Part shown: piece by piece, positions 48,015 through 57,985 of the stretch | How positions within the stretch are numbered: position 1 is the stretch's first letter | How the letters are laid out: each line of letters opens with the position of its first letter | NCBI GenBank assembly: GCA_963674755.2 | Contig: CAXXVS010000002.1 | Location: forward strand, 2,208,001 to 2,272,000 | Direction of reading: 5' to 3' | Length of the DNA: 64,000 bases | Origin: Desulfobacterales bacterium | Lineage (GTDB): Bacteria; Desulfobacterota; Desulfobacteria; Desulfobacterales; UBA5852 | Made by a program: the position numbers and the translations under genes | The notes under the pieces: generated by a model | What the model saw: the letters and a program-made list of their open reading frames with translations, nothing else | The model's database searches: none | Told to the model about the DNA's origin: nothing

Positions 48015-48378
48015 TCCACAAGGCTTCCCATGTATCGGCTGGTATGGGTTTACTTAGCAGCCCGCGCATGCGGGTTGACAGGATAAAAAGTGATCTGGTA
48101 TTAGGAGCATTCTCTTTTGTTTATAAGGTGTTATCTATAATATGGAAAGGATCAGCGTGTCAACTGGCATTTAGGCCCTTCCTGCCGAAGAAGCAGCGCG
48201 CCCAAAGCCGCCGCAAGCTTCCGTTCCGGGAGTGGCTGCTTCATTTTCCGGACTGAATTTCCTCTGCATTCATACGCCTGATATTATAGATAAAATATAT
48301 TTAAGCCGCCGACCGCCACAGGGGCTGTCGCCGTCAGACGCCCCTGGTGGGGGCATAATCCGAATTCAATAGACGACA

Positions 48379-50181
48379 TTGCAAATGGACCTTATTCGCA
48401 ACTTCAGCATCATCGCCCACATCGATCACGGGAAATCGACCCTCTCGGACCGCCTGATCCAGACCACGGACATCGTATCGGCCCGGGACTTCAAGGATCA
48501 GATCCTGGACACCATGGATATTGAGCGTGAGCGCGGCATCACTATCAAGAGCCAGACGATCTGCCTGCCCTACCAGGCCAAGGATGGCCGGCGCTACAGC
48601 CTGAATCTGATCGACACGCCGGGGCACGTGGATTTTACCTACGAGGTCTCCCGCGCCCTGGCCTCCTGCGAAGGGGCCCTGCTGCTCGTGGACGCCAGCC
48701 AGGGGGTCGAAGCCCAGACCCTGGCCAACCTCTATCTGGCCATGGAACACAACCTGGACATCATCCCGGTGATCAACAAGATCGATCTGCCCTCGGCGGA
48801 GATCGACCGCGTCAAGGATGAGATCGAGGAGGATCTCGGCTTGGACCCGGAAACCGCCCTTTTGGTTTCCGCCAAGGAAGGCATCGGCATCGAGGCGATC
48901 CTGGAGGGTATCGTCACCCGCCTGAAGCCTCCTGCGGGAGACCCCGAGGCCCCGCTGGAGGCCCTGATCTTCGACTCCCACTACGATGCCTATCGGGGCA
49001 CCGTCGTACACTTCCGGGTGTTCGAGGGGCGCATCCGGCCCGGCGACACGATCCAATTCATGTCCAACAAGGCCACCTACAAGGTGGAGGAAGTAGGCGT
49101 CTTCCAGATCGTGCGCAAGCCTCGCAAGGAATTGTCGGCCGGCGAAGTGGGCTACCTCATCGCCGGCATCAAGACCGTCAGCGATACCCGCTGCGGGGAC
49201 ACCGTCACACACAAAGAGCGACCCTGTGCTCGGCCGCGGCCGGGGTTCAAGGAAACCAAGCCGGTGGTCTTCTCCTCCATCTACCCCGTGGCCTCGGACG
49301 GCTACGAAGACCTGGCCGCCGGCCTGGAAAAGCTCAAGCTCAACGACGCCTCGCTGATCTATGAAAAAGACGCCTCCGCCGCCCTGGGCTTCGGTTTCCG
49401 TTGCGGCTTCCTGGGTCTGCTGCACCTGGAGGTGGTCCAGGAGCGCCTGGAGCGGGAATTCGACCTGTCCCTGATCCTGACGGCGCCCTCGGTGAGCTAC
49501 GAGCTGGTCATGAACGATGGCAGCACCCAGGTGATCGACAACCCGGCCCTCTATCCCGACCCGACCCTGATCGAGTACGCCAAGGAGCCCTTCATCCGGG
49601 CCGCCATCATGGTGCCGGACCGCTACATGGGAGCCGTGATGAAACTCTGCCTCGACCGCCGGGGCATCAACAAAAACTACCAGTACCTGACCAGCAACCG
49701 CCTGGAAATGATTTTCGAGTTGCCCCTGGCCGAAGTGGTCTACGATTTCTACGACAAGCTCAAATCGGTGACCCAGGGCTATGGCTCCTTCGATTACGAT
49801 CTACTGGAATACCGGCGGACCGATCTCGTCAAGGTGGACATTCTGATCAACGGCGAACGCGTGGACGCCTTGAGCCAGCTGGTGCACCGCGAGCGGGCCG
49901 TGGCCCGGGCGCGGGCGGCCTGTGAGCGGCTGAAGGACGAAATTCCCCGCCAGATGTTCAAGATTGCCATCCAGGGGGCCATCGGCGGCACCATCATTTC
50001 CCGCGAGACCGTTTCGGCCTTCCGCAAGGACGTGACCGCCAAATGTTACGGCGGGGATATCACCCGCAAACGCAAGCTGCTCGAAAAACAGAAAAAGGGT
50101 AAAAAACGCATGAAAATGGTCGGCCAGGTGGAGATCCCCCAGGCAGCCTTTCTGTCCGTTCTCAAATCCGACAGCGACTGA
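48379..50181 (+). CDS. lepA: Elongation factor 4
   Basis: [39 protein letters not shown] and [18 protein letters not shown] motifs. Confidence 0.98.
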   Translation: MQMDLIRNFSIIAHIDHGKSTLSDRLIQTTDIVSARDFKDQILDTMDIERERGITIKSQTICLPYQAKDGRRYSLNLIDTPGHVDFTYEVSRALASCEGALLLVDASQGVEAQTLANLYLAMEHNLDIIPVINKIDLPSAEIDRVKDEIEEDLGLDPETALLVSAKEGIGIEAILEGIVTRLKPPAGDPEAPLEALIFDSHYDAYRGTVVHFRVFEGRIRPGDTIQFMSNKATYKVEEVGVFQIVRKPRKELSAGEVGYLIAGIKTVSDTRCGDTVTHKERPCARPRPGFKETKPVVFSSIYPVASDGYEDLAAGLEKLKLNDASLIYEKDASAALGFGFRCGFLGLLHLEVVQERLEREFDLSLILTAPSVSYELVMNDGSTQVIDNPALYPDPTLIEYAKEPFIRAAIMVPDRYMGAVMKLCLDRRGINKNYQYLTSNRLEMIFELPLAEVVYDFYDKLKSVTQGYGSFDYDLLEYRRTDLVKVDILINGERVDALSQLVHRERAVARARAACERLKDEIPRQMFKIAIQGAIGGTIISRETVSAFRKDVTAKCYGGDITRKRKLLEKQKKGKKRMKMVGQVEIPQAAFLSVLKSDSD

Positions 50182-50224
50182 AGCTGCATCGATCCGAACA
50201 TCCAGCGCCGCAAAGGGAAGCATT

Positions 50225-51526
50225 ATGGGACGTACCATCGTTGAAAAGATATTTGACCGCCACCGCGTGGACACCCCCTATGAGGGCGTGCATGTGATCC
50301 GTCTGGATGTGGTGGCCTGCCACGAGATCACCACCCCCATCGCCATCAACGACCTGGCCGCCCGGGACAAGGACCGCGTCTTCGATCCCGCGCGCATCAA
50401 GGCCGTCATCGACCACGTGACCCCGGCCAAGGATTCCAAGACCGCCACCCAGGGCAAGATCCTGCGGGATTGGGCCCGACGCCACGGCATCCGGGATTTC
50501 TTCGATATCGGCCGCAACGGGGTCTGCCATGCCCTGTTCCCGGAAAAGGGTTTCATCCGCCCCGGCTACACCGTTATTATGGGCGACTCCCACACCTGCA
50601 CCTACGGGGCCTTTGGCGCCTTTGCGGCCGGGGTGGGCACCACCGACCTGGAGGTGGGCATTCTCAAGGGGGTCTGCGCCTTCCGCCAACCCGAAACGCT
50701 GCTTGTCCGCATCAGCGGAACGCCGGCCGCCGGGGTCTACGCCAAGGATATCGTCCTCTCGGTCATCGCCCGGCTGGGCGTCAACGGCGCCACCGACAAG
50801 GTGATCGAGTTCAGCGGCCCGGTGGTGGCGGCGATGTCCATGGAAGAGCGCATGACGCTTTGCAACATGGCCGTCGAAGCCGGCGGCACCTGCGGCATCT
50901 GCGCCCCGGATGAGACCACGCTGGACTACCTCTGGGAGTTCATTCAAGCAGATTTCCGGGACAAGGATGACGCCCTGGCGGCGTTTACCGAATTGCAGCC
51001 CGATCCCGACGCCTGCTATGCTTTGGTACTTGACCATGACGTGAGCGACCTGGAGCCCCTGGCGACCTTCGGCCACAAACCCGATCAGGTCAAACCGGTG
51101 AGCGCCATGACGCGCCAGAAGATCGATCAGGTCTACATTGGCTCCTGCACCAACGGCCGGATCGAGGACCTGCGGGCGGCCGTGCGTGAGCTGCGCGGCC
51201 GGCGCATCGCCCCCACCGTGCGGGGGATCGTCTCGCCGGCCACTCCCAGGATCTACCGTCAGGCCTTGGCGGAAGGTCTGATCGCAGCCTTCCTGGAGGC
51301 CGGTTTCTGCGTCACCAACCCCACCTGCGGCGCCTGCCTGGGCATGAGCAACGGGGTTCTGGCCGAAGGGGAAGTCTGTGCGGCCACCACCAACCGCAAC
51401 TTCAACGGGCGCATGGGCATCGGCGGCATGGTCCATCTGGTCAGTCCGGCCACCGCCGCGGCCAGCGCCGTGGCCGGCCACCTGGCGCCCCCCTCGAACA
51501 GCCGGAAAGCGGAGGGTCTCTCATGA
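50225..51526 (+). CDS. leuC: 3-isopropylmalate dehydratase large subunit
   Basis: HEITT, DSHTCT.GAFG, GSCTNGR, CGACLG and NRNF.GRMG motifs. Confidence 0.9.
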   Translation: MGRTIVEKIFDRHRVDTPYEGVHVIRLDVVACHEITTPIAINDLAARDKDRVFDPARIKAVIDHVTPAKDSKTATQGKILRDWARRHGIRDFFDIGRNGVCHALFPEKGFIRPGYTVIMGDSHTCTYGAFGAFAAGVGTTDLEVGILKGVCAFRQPETLLVRISGTPAAGVYAKDIVLSVIARLGVNGATDKVIEFSGPVVAAMSMEERMTLCNMAVEAGGTCGICAPDETTLDYLWEFIQADFRDKDDALAAFTELQPDPDACYALVLDHDVSDLEPLATFGHKPDQVKPVSAMTRQKIDQVYIGSCTNGRIEDLRAAVRELRGRRIAPTVRGIVSPATPRIYRQALAEGLIAAFLEAGFCVTNPTCGACLGMSNGVLAEGEVCAATTNRNFNGRMGIGGMVHLVSPATAAASAVAGHLAPPSNSRKAEGLS

Positions 51527-52047
51527 AAAACTTCAGCGGCAATGTCCTGTTTCTGGACCGCTCCGACATCAACACCGACGAAATCATCCCGGCCAAATAC
51601 CTGACCGAGATCACCAAGGACGCCTTGCGACCTCACCTGCTGGAAGATCTGTGCCTGGAGGGGTTCGTTCCGGGAAAAAGTACGCTGGACAAGCAGGTCG
51701 TGGTCACCCGGGCCAATTTCGGTTGCGGTTCCTCCCGCGAACATGCGCCCTGGGCTTTCGAGGTCAACGGGATCCATGCGGTCATCGCCGAAAGCTTTGC
51801 CCGCATTTTCCGCCAGAACATGTTCAATGGCGGCATGATGGCGGTGGCGCTGCCGGAAGCGACCATCGCCGACCTGTTTGCCCGTTTCGCCGGCCGGGAC
51901 ACGCGCCTGGCCACGGATTTCGCCGGAGGCACTTTCACCTTTACGGCGGACAGGGATTCGCTCAGCCTCCCCTTCCAGCTGGCCCCGTTTGACCGGGCGC
52001 TGGTGGAGGCCGGGGGATGGCTGGAATACGCCGACACCCACTATTGA
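51523..52047 (+). CDS. leuD: 3-isopropylmalate dehydratase small subunit
   Basis: INTDEIIPAKYL, NFGCGSSREHAPWA and SFARIF motifs; overlaps the leuC stop. Confidence 0.92.
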   Translation: MKNFSGNVLFLDRSDINTDEIIPAKYLTEITKDALRPHLLEDLCLEGFVPGKSTLDKQVVVTRANFGCGSSREHAPWAFEVNGIHAVIAESFARIFRQNMFNGGMMAVALPEATIADLFARFAGRDTRLATDFAGGTFTFTADRDSLSLPFQLAPFDRALVEAGGWLEYADTHY

Positions 52048-52518
52048 CGGCCCGCGGAACGCCATCCCGAAGCGGTATTGCCAGGTGGTTTGCTGCTGGT
52101 GGTTTAGCGGGTCATATACCAGAGGAAACGCCGTTCCTTCCAGCTGCGCCGCTCTTTGCCGCCGTTTAGAAAGTAGTCCCGCCGGCCGGTTTTGCGTCGA
52201 TCCCTGTAAGAACGCCGATCTTTGGTGCTGTAAAGCGGCGGATCTTTGATCTTCAATTCAAAGACCTGTCTTACCATCGCTTACCCCCCCCCCGAAAACA
52301 ATGGAAGCCGGCGCCCCTGCTGTTAACGGCCGGGGCCTATCGAGACCCGTTGAAGCTGTGGATTTTTTGCGAGGCGGCGGAAGACGAAGATAAGGCGTCC
52401 AGCAGGCGGAGATGCAACGGCAGGCATTCCAAAGCGATCGTTCAGGGCAGTCCCGGGCGGCGCCTCGTGAGCCATATGAGCATCCTCAATCTGGTTTTGC
52501 AAGCCTAAACTTGATCGC

Positions 52519-52923
52519 TCAGGCAAGCGCCAGGGACCGTTGGACCGCGTTTTTAAGCGTATTCGCGACGATGCAGCCCCGCTCGGCGATCGTGGCGAGT
52601 TTCTCCATTTCGGCGCGGTCGGCGTATGTGCGGAAATCGTCATCCGGATGGCCGCAAAACGGGCCGGCGCTTCCGCCAGGGTGCCCCGCCACATCGATGG
52701 CCAGGCCGGATACCTGGGCCGCGTGAGCCCGGACAGCCGCCAGAAGGTTGCTCATGAAGCACCCACCCAGCCCCATCAGGAGCATTTCGCCCCCCATGGG
52801 ACCCCGGTCCGCACCGCCTTTGGCCTCGGGGCGGTCGCTGAGAATTTTTTGGTGACGGGCCGTGCACGCCGATGTGAAGGCCGAGATTTGCTTGACGCTG
52901 ACGCCGATAGACGACTCAGGGAT
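52519..52923 (-). pseudogene. OsmC/Ohr family gene, probably degraded
   Basis: DRP..KGG.D.GP..GE.LL..LGGC and AE.GCIV.NTL motifs; no canonical start codon (ATC at 52923); the central segment is more family-like in an alternative frame. Confidence 0.65.
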
Positions 52924-53037
52924 AGCCCGGCGCGTCCCGCAGACGCTTGCACGGCCGGTCGCCCTGGCCCCGCAATTCCTCAGGGCGGCACGGGTTTGCT
53001 TGCATCCTGTGGCCCAGGTGATTAATATGTCAGCACT

Positions 53038-54798
53038 ATGAAAACAATTGATGAAAAAATTCCCAACCCCGCGGAAATCGAAAAAGAGATCAGTGAATTC
53101 CTCTCCAAGCGCTTCGGCAGCCATGTCAAAATTGTCAGCCCCATGATGGTGACCGACCCGGATGACGTGGACCGGGCGGGCAAAAAGGTCCATGGTACGG
53201 CCGGCATCAATTTCGACCTCAAGCCCGAGGATCTGATCGCCTATCTGGATCGCTACATCGTTCGTCAGGACACGGCCAAGGCCATCCTGGCCACCAAGAT
53301 CTGCACCCATTTCAATCGCATCAAACGCCAGCGCCAGAGCGGCGCGCCCGCCCGGGACATGGTGGGCCGCATTAAAAACAACGTGCTGCTGATCGGCCCC
53401 ACCGGCGTCGGCAAAACCTATATCGTGAAGCTGATCGCCCAGCACATCGGGGTGCCCTTCGTCAAGGGGGATGCCACCAAGTTCAGTGAAACCGGCTACG
53501 TGGGCGGCGATGTGGAAGATCTCGTGCGCGATCTGGTGCGCGAAGCCGGCGACGATATCGAGCTGGCCCAGCACGGCATCATCTATATCGATGAAATCGA
53601 CAAGATCGCCGGCTCCCGCAACATGATCGGCGCGGATGTCTCACGGTCCGGGGTCCAGCGGGCCCTGCTCAAACCCATGGAAGAAACCGAGGTGGACCTC
53701 AAGGTGCCCCACGACCCGGTCTCCATGATCCAGGAGATCGAAAACTTCCGCAAGACCGGCCAGAAGGAAAAACGCACCGTCAACACGGGCAACATCCTGT
53801 TCATCATGAGTGGCGCCTTCAACGAGCTGGACGCCATCATCCGCAACCGCGTTGCCAAGCAGGGCATCGGATTCGGAGCCCCTCTCAAAAAGGGTGGTCC
53901 CGAGCCGGCCATGCTCCAGCAGGTCAAATCGGAAGACCTGATCGCCTTCGGCTTCGAATCCGAATTCGTGGGCCGTCTGCCGGTGCGGGCCGTTTTGGAG
54001 CCCCTGGACGAAAACGATCTCTACGAAATCCTCAAAAACCCCAGCAACCCTATCATCCTCGGCAAAAAATTTGATTTCGACGCCTACGGCATCGACATCA
54101 AATTCGACGATCAGGCCCTGCGGCTGCTGGCCCGGGCGGCCAGTGCCGAAAATACCGGGGCCCGGGGCTTGGTGAGCGCCATCGAAGGGGCGCTCCTGCT
54201 CTACGAAACCCGCCTGCCGTCCACCAACCTGCGCCGCTTCCCGGTCACGGCGGAGGTCATCAGCGATCCTCGGATCTCCCTGAACGCCATGCTGACAGCG
54301 GACCGGGCTGAAATCGAGCATACTTTCAGGCGCCTGTCAGAACAGGAAAAAGAAAGCATCAAGACCTATATCCGCAACAACCGCCACATCCTGGCGGACC
54401 GCTACAACCTGACCTTGACCCCCTCGCGGCTGGATACCCTGGCCCGTTTCTACGTCAACCATATCCTCGACATCGGCCAGGTCTTCCAACAGATACGCGC
54501 CCGCTATGACGACATCAAAGACATCGAGCTGGCCTTCTACAAGCGCAACGACATCAACATCGTGCTCGAGGAGGACGCTATTGACTTCATCATGGAGCAA
54601 ATTGTAGATAAGGCGGTCACGCTCGATGAAATCGCCCGGCAGCTGAATGAAAGCTTTGAGCTGGGGTTGAAGCTGGTGCTGGAGAAAACCGGCAAAAACC
54701 GCTTTTTCGTCAACCGGGAGGCCCTGGAAAACCCGGAATCCTACATCAGCGGCCTGATCCGTAACGGCCTGAAAACCCCGTCGCTGCCATCCAAATGA
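53038..54798 (+). CDS. ClpX-like AAA+ ATPase without the N-terminal zinc finger and with a C-terminal extension
   Basis: GPTGVGKT, DATKFSETGYVGGDVE, YIDEIDKI, DVSRSGVQ..LLK, IGF loop, EFVGRLPV and TGARGL motifs. Confidence 0.88.
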   Translation: MKTIDEKIPNPAEIEKEISEFLSKRFGSHVKIVSPMMVTDPDDVDRAGKKVHGTAGINFDLKPEDLIAYLDRYIVRQDTAKAILATKICTHFNRIKRQRQSGAPARDMVGRIKNNVLLIGPTGVGKTYIVKLIAQHIGVPFVKGDATKFSETGYVGGDVEDLVRDLVREAGDDIELAQHGIIYIDEIDKIAGSRNMIGADVSRSGVQRALLKPMEETEVDLKVPHDPVSMIQEIENFRKTGQKEKRTVNTGNILFIMSGAFNELDAIIRNRVAKQGIGFGAPLKKGGPEPAMLQQVKSEDLIAFGFESEFVGRLPVRAVLEPLDENDLYEILKNPSNPIILGKKFDFDAYGIDIKFDDQALRLLARAASAENTGARGLVSAIEGALLLYETRLPSTNLRRFPVTAEVISDPRISLNAMLTADRAEIEHTFRRLSEQEKESIKTYIRNNRHILADRYNLTLTPSRLDTLARFYVNHILDIGQVFQQIRARYDDIKDIELAFYKRNDINIVLEEDAIDFIMEQIVDKAVTLDEIARQLNESFELGLKLVLEKTGKNRFFVNREALENPESYISGLIRNGLKTPSLPSK

Positions 54799-54825
54799 CC
54801 GTCCAATCGAAAGGTTTGTCGTTTA

Positions 54826-56013
54826 ATGATCGGTATTTCCAAACTCTATTGCGGCACTGTTGAGCCCTCCGATGCCCTGCGCTACGGGCGGCACTCGGGC
54901 CAATTGCCCTCGCATCTTCTGCAATTCTCGAAGGATAAAAAACCCGTGGTGGTCTGGAACATCACCCGCCGCTGCAACCTCAAATGCGTGCACTGCTATG
55001 CCCAGGCCAAAAACCAGGCCTTTGACAACGAACTGACCACCGAGGAGGGCAAAACCCTGATCGATGACCTGGCGGCCTTCGGCTCGCCGGTCATGCTGTT
55101 TTCGGGCGGCGAACCCCTGATGCGGCCGGATCTGCCCGAATTGGCGGAATACGCCGTCAGCAAAGGCATGCGGGCGGTCATTTCCACCAACGGCACCCTG
55201 ATTACGCCCGAGATGGCCCGCACCCTCAAGGCGATCGGCCTGTCCTATGTGGGCATCAGCCTGGATGGCATGGAGACGATCCACGACCGCTTCCGGGCGG
55301 TCAAGGGTTGCTTCCAGGACGCCCTGGAGGGCATCCGCAATACCCAGGCGGCCGGCATCAAGGTGGGTCTGCGCTTCACCATCAACAAGTTCAACGTGGA
55401 TGAAATTCCGGCCATCTTCGATTTGCTCGAGGAAATGGACATCCCCCGGGTGTGCTTCTACCACCTGGTCTATGCCGGGCGGGGCTCCAAACTGGTGGAA
55501 GACGACCTCTCCCACGAGGAAACCCGCCGGGTGGTGGACCTGATCATCGACCGCACCAAGGATCTCCACGACCGCGGCAAACCCAAGGAAGTCCTGACGG
55601 TGGACAACCATGCCGACGGCCCCTACCTCTACCTGCGGATGCAGCGGGAAGACCCGGAACGGGCCAGGGAAGTCCTCGAGTTGCTCCAGATGAACGAGGG
55701 CAACAACTCGGGACGCGGCATCGGCTGCGTGAGCTGGGACGGCGAAGTCTATGCCGATCAGTTCTGGCGGCATTACAGTTTCGGCAACGTCAAGGAGCGG
55801 CCCTTCTCGCAGATCTGGACCGATATGTCCGATCCCCTGATGAAAAAGCTCAAAGACAAGAAGCAATACGTCACCGGCCGCTGCGCATCCTGCAACTGGC
55901 TGGATGTCTGCGGCGGCAATTTCCGGGTGCGGGCCGAGGCCACCACCGACGATGTCTGGGCCCCGGATCCGGCCTGCTACCTGACGGACGAAGAGATCAG
56001 CCAGACGCTGTAG
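54826..56013 (+). CDS. ahbC: Radical SAM 12,18-didecarboxysiroheme deacetylase (Fe-coproporphyrin III synthase)
   Basis: MIGISKLYCG..., PVVVWN.T..CNLKCVHCY, LTVDNHADG and a SPASM domain; adjacent to hemB. Confidence 0.92.
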   Translation: MIGISKLYCGTVEPSDALRYGRHSGQLPSHLLQFSKDKKPVVVWNITRRCNLKCVHCYAQAKNQAFDNELTTEEGKTLIDDLAAFGSPVMLFSGGEPLMRPDLPELAEYAVSKGMRAVISTNGTLITPEMARTLKAIGLSYVGISLDGMETIHDRFRAVKGCFQDALEGIRNTQAAGIKVGLRFTINKFNVDEIPAIFDLLEEMDIPRVCFYHLVYAGRGSKLVEDDLSHEETRRVVDLIIDRTKDLHDRGKPKEVLTVDNHADGPYLYLRMQREDPERAREVLELLQMNEGNNSGRGIGCVSWDGEVYADQFWRHYSFGNVKERPFSQIWTDMSDPLMKKLKDKKQYVTGRCASCNWLDVCGGNFRVRAEATTDDVWAPDPACYLTDEEISQTL

Positions 56014-56105
56014 GAATTGTGTGCGTTATCGTTCACGTATCACAAACGCACTTGGAAGCAAATTCAGAAAGCTGAAGTGCCGTTTTGTTTTCCGGTGTTG
56101 ATCCC

Positions 56106-56290
56106 CTTTGTCCCGCGCCGAGCATCGGCGCGGCGGACGGATTAAAGCGCGCGGACTGTCTGAGTCCCGCCGTAGCTTTAGCGTAGGCGGGGCGAGTTTC
56201 CGCGTGCTCCGGCCGACGCGACGACGCGCAGGATTAAGCGGGATACGGGCGTCTTCTTTTGGTTCGTTTTCTTCCACGCGGAAGAAAATG
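56106..56290 (+). repeat. Structured intergenic repeat type A, copy 1
   Basis: Shares blocks CTTTGTCCCGCGCCGAGCATCGGCG, AGCGCGCGGACT, GGCGGGCGAGTTTCCGCGTGCTCCGG and TTCTTTTGGTTCGTTTTCTT..AAGAAAATG with 57696-57889. Confidence 0.9.
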
Positions 56291-56369
56291 AACAAATAAA
56301 ATATCGTAAGATCTTTTGAAAACGACCTGCGAGGCCTTGTTCTTATAATTTTCGATCAAAATAGTTTTG

Positions 56370-56539
56370 AGTGTCTTTCCAGAAGTGGTAGATTTTGGTT
56401 CAAGCCAAGGCCGCAACAAATTGGGTACCGACGGCGTAGCCGTATGAGCGATAGCGTTGATTAGAAAGGCTACAGCGAGGATTCCCAAGAAGCGAGAACG
56501 CCGGCCGGGGCTGGAAGATGCTATTTCTGGACGAACACT
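56370..56539 (+). repeat. Palindromic MITE/REP-like element type B, copy 1
   Basis: Imperfect ~28-nt terminal inverted repeats; shares GTGGTAGATTTTGGTT, CAAGGCCGCA, GGCGTAGCC..GGCTAC and GCGAGAACGCCG with 63530-63672. Confidence 0.85.
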
Positions 56540-56581
56540 ATTCAACTTGTTCGCGCCTCATCACCCCAAGGGAGCCTGACC

Positions 56582-57556
56582 ATGCTATTCCCCGAATACC
56601 GCCCGCGCCGCATGCGCCGCAACGAAGCCCTGCGCCGCATGATCCGCGAAACCGAACTGTCCCCCAGCGATTTTATCCTGCCCCTGTTCGCCGTGGAGGG
56701 CAAAGATGTCCGCAACCCGATCCCCTCCATGCCCGGGCACTATCAGCAGTCCCTCGACCACCTGGTTAAAAGCGTGCAGGAAGCGGCCGCCCAGCATATC
56801 CCGGCCGTCATCCTCTTCGGACTGCCGGACCGCAAAGATCCCCTCGGCACCCGGGCCTATGCCAAGGACGGCATCGTGCAGAAGGCGGTGCGCGCCGTCA
56901 AGGAGCGCGTGCCCGAGATGATCGTGATCACCGACGTGTGCCTGTGCCAGTACACCGACCACGGCCACTGCGGCATGCTGGACGGTGGCGAGATCGACAA
57001 CGACGCCTCCCTGGACCTGCTGGCCCGCACGGCCTTGTCCCACGCCCAGGCCGGGGCCGACATGGTGGCGCCCTCGGACATGATGGACGGCCGGGTGGCC
57101 GAAATCCGCGCCCTGTTGGACGACAACAGCTTCAGCCAGATCCCCATCATGGCCTACTCCGCCAAATACTGTTCCTCCTTCTATGGCCCTTTCCGTGAGG
57201 CGGCCGACTCGGCCCCCCAGTTCGGCGACCGGCGCAGCTACCAGATGGACCCGGCCAACGCCCAAGAGGCCATTCGGGAGGCCACCATGGACGTGGAGGA
57301 AGGTGCCGACATCATCATGGTCAAACCGGCCCTGCCCTATCTGGATGTCATCTGCCGCCTGCGGGACGAACTCGACCTGCCCATCGCCGCCTACAGCGTC
57401 AGCGGCGAGTTCTCCATGATCAAGGCCGCCGCCCAGGCCGGTTGGATCGACGAAGAAAAAGTGATGATGGAAACCCTGACGGCCATCAAACGGGCCGGCG
57501 CCGGCATGATCCTGACCTATTTTGCGGTGAAGGCGGCCAAGCTGCTGAATCGGTAA
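56582..57556 (+). CDS. hemB: Porphobilinogen synthase
   Basis: RPRRMR, DVCLCQYTDHGHCG, APSDMMDGRV, FYGPFREA and MVKP motifs. Confidence 0.97.
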   Translation: MLFPEYRPRRMRRNEALRRMIRETELSPSDFILPLFAVEGKDVRNPIPSMPGHYQQSLDHLVKSVQEAAAQHIPAVILFGLPDRKDPLGTRAYAKDGIVQKAVRAVKERVPEMIVITDVCLCQYTDHGHCGMLDGGEIDNDASLDLLARTALSHAQAGADMVAPSDMMDGRVAEIRALLDDNSFSQIPIMAYSAKYCSSFYGPFREAADSAPQFGDRRSYQMDPANAQEAIREATMDVEEGADIIMVKPALPYLDVICRLRDELDLPIAAYSVSGEFSMIKAAAQAGWIDEEKVMMETLTAIKRAGAGMILTYFAVKAAKLLNR

Positions 57557-57695
57557 GACTGAGAAGGATCCAGGGTGTCCTGGGGTCAAGGATTCAAGTG
57601 GCGCGATGAGCACCTCTCCTCTTGTAGAATTGCCCCTTAGGGGCCAATACAATCGTAGAGATTAAAACCGCGTTCTGTATTTTTGGTTTGAATCT

Positions 57696-57889
57696 CTTTG
57701 TCCCGCGCCGAGCATCGGCGGTGTGACCGGAAAATAGCGCGCGGACTTGTTTGAGTCTGACGTAGCCTTGGCGCAGGCGGGCGAGTTTCCGCGTGCTCCG
57801 GTCACAGTGACAACGCGCAGGGGAGCGCGCCGCGCCGCAGGGCACGGGCGTTTTCTTTTGGTTCGTTTTCTTTCACGTGAAAGAAAATG
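57696..57889 (+). repeat. Structured intergenic repeat type A, copy 2
   Basis: Direct-orientation copy of 56106-56290 on the other side of hemB. Confidence 0.9.
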
Positions 57890-57985
57890 GATTAAAATTA
57901 CGGGATGTTACGATGCAACAACACCTTTTCCAACTTACCATCACAGGTGAACGATAGTCGATCAGATATCAAAGGGAAAACCATT

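Noticed and set aside
48334..51481. Long minus-strand ORFs (363 aa and 439 aa)
   Set aside because: Antisense shadows of lepA and leuC, common in GC-rich DNA.
52330..52450. Possible further degenerate copy of the CAAGG...AACG palindromic family
   Set aside because: Only partial core similarity and no convincing terminal stem.
52924..53574. 5' two-thirds of the 351-aa ORF 52519-53574
   Set aside because: Antisense to the ClpX-like gene; only the last ~135 codons are OsmC-like.
56026..56545. Small ORFs between ahbC and hemB
   Set aside because: They are translations of the palindromic repeats.
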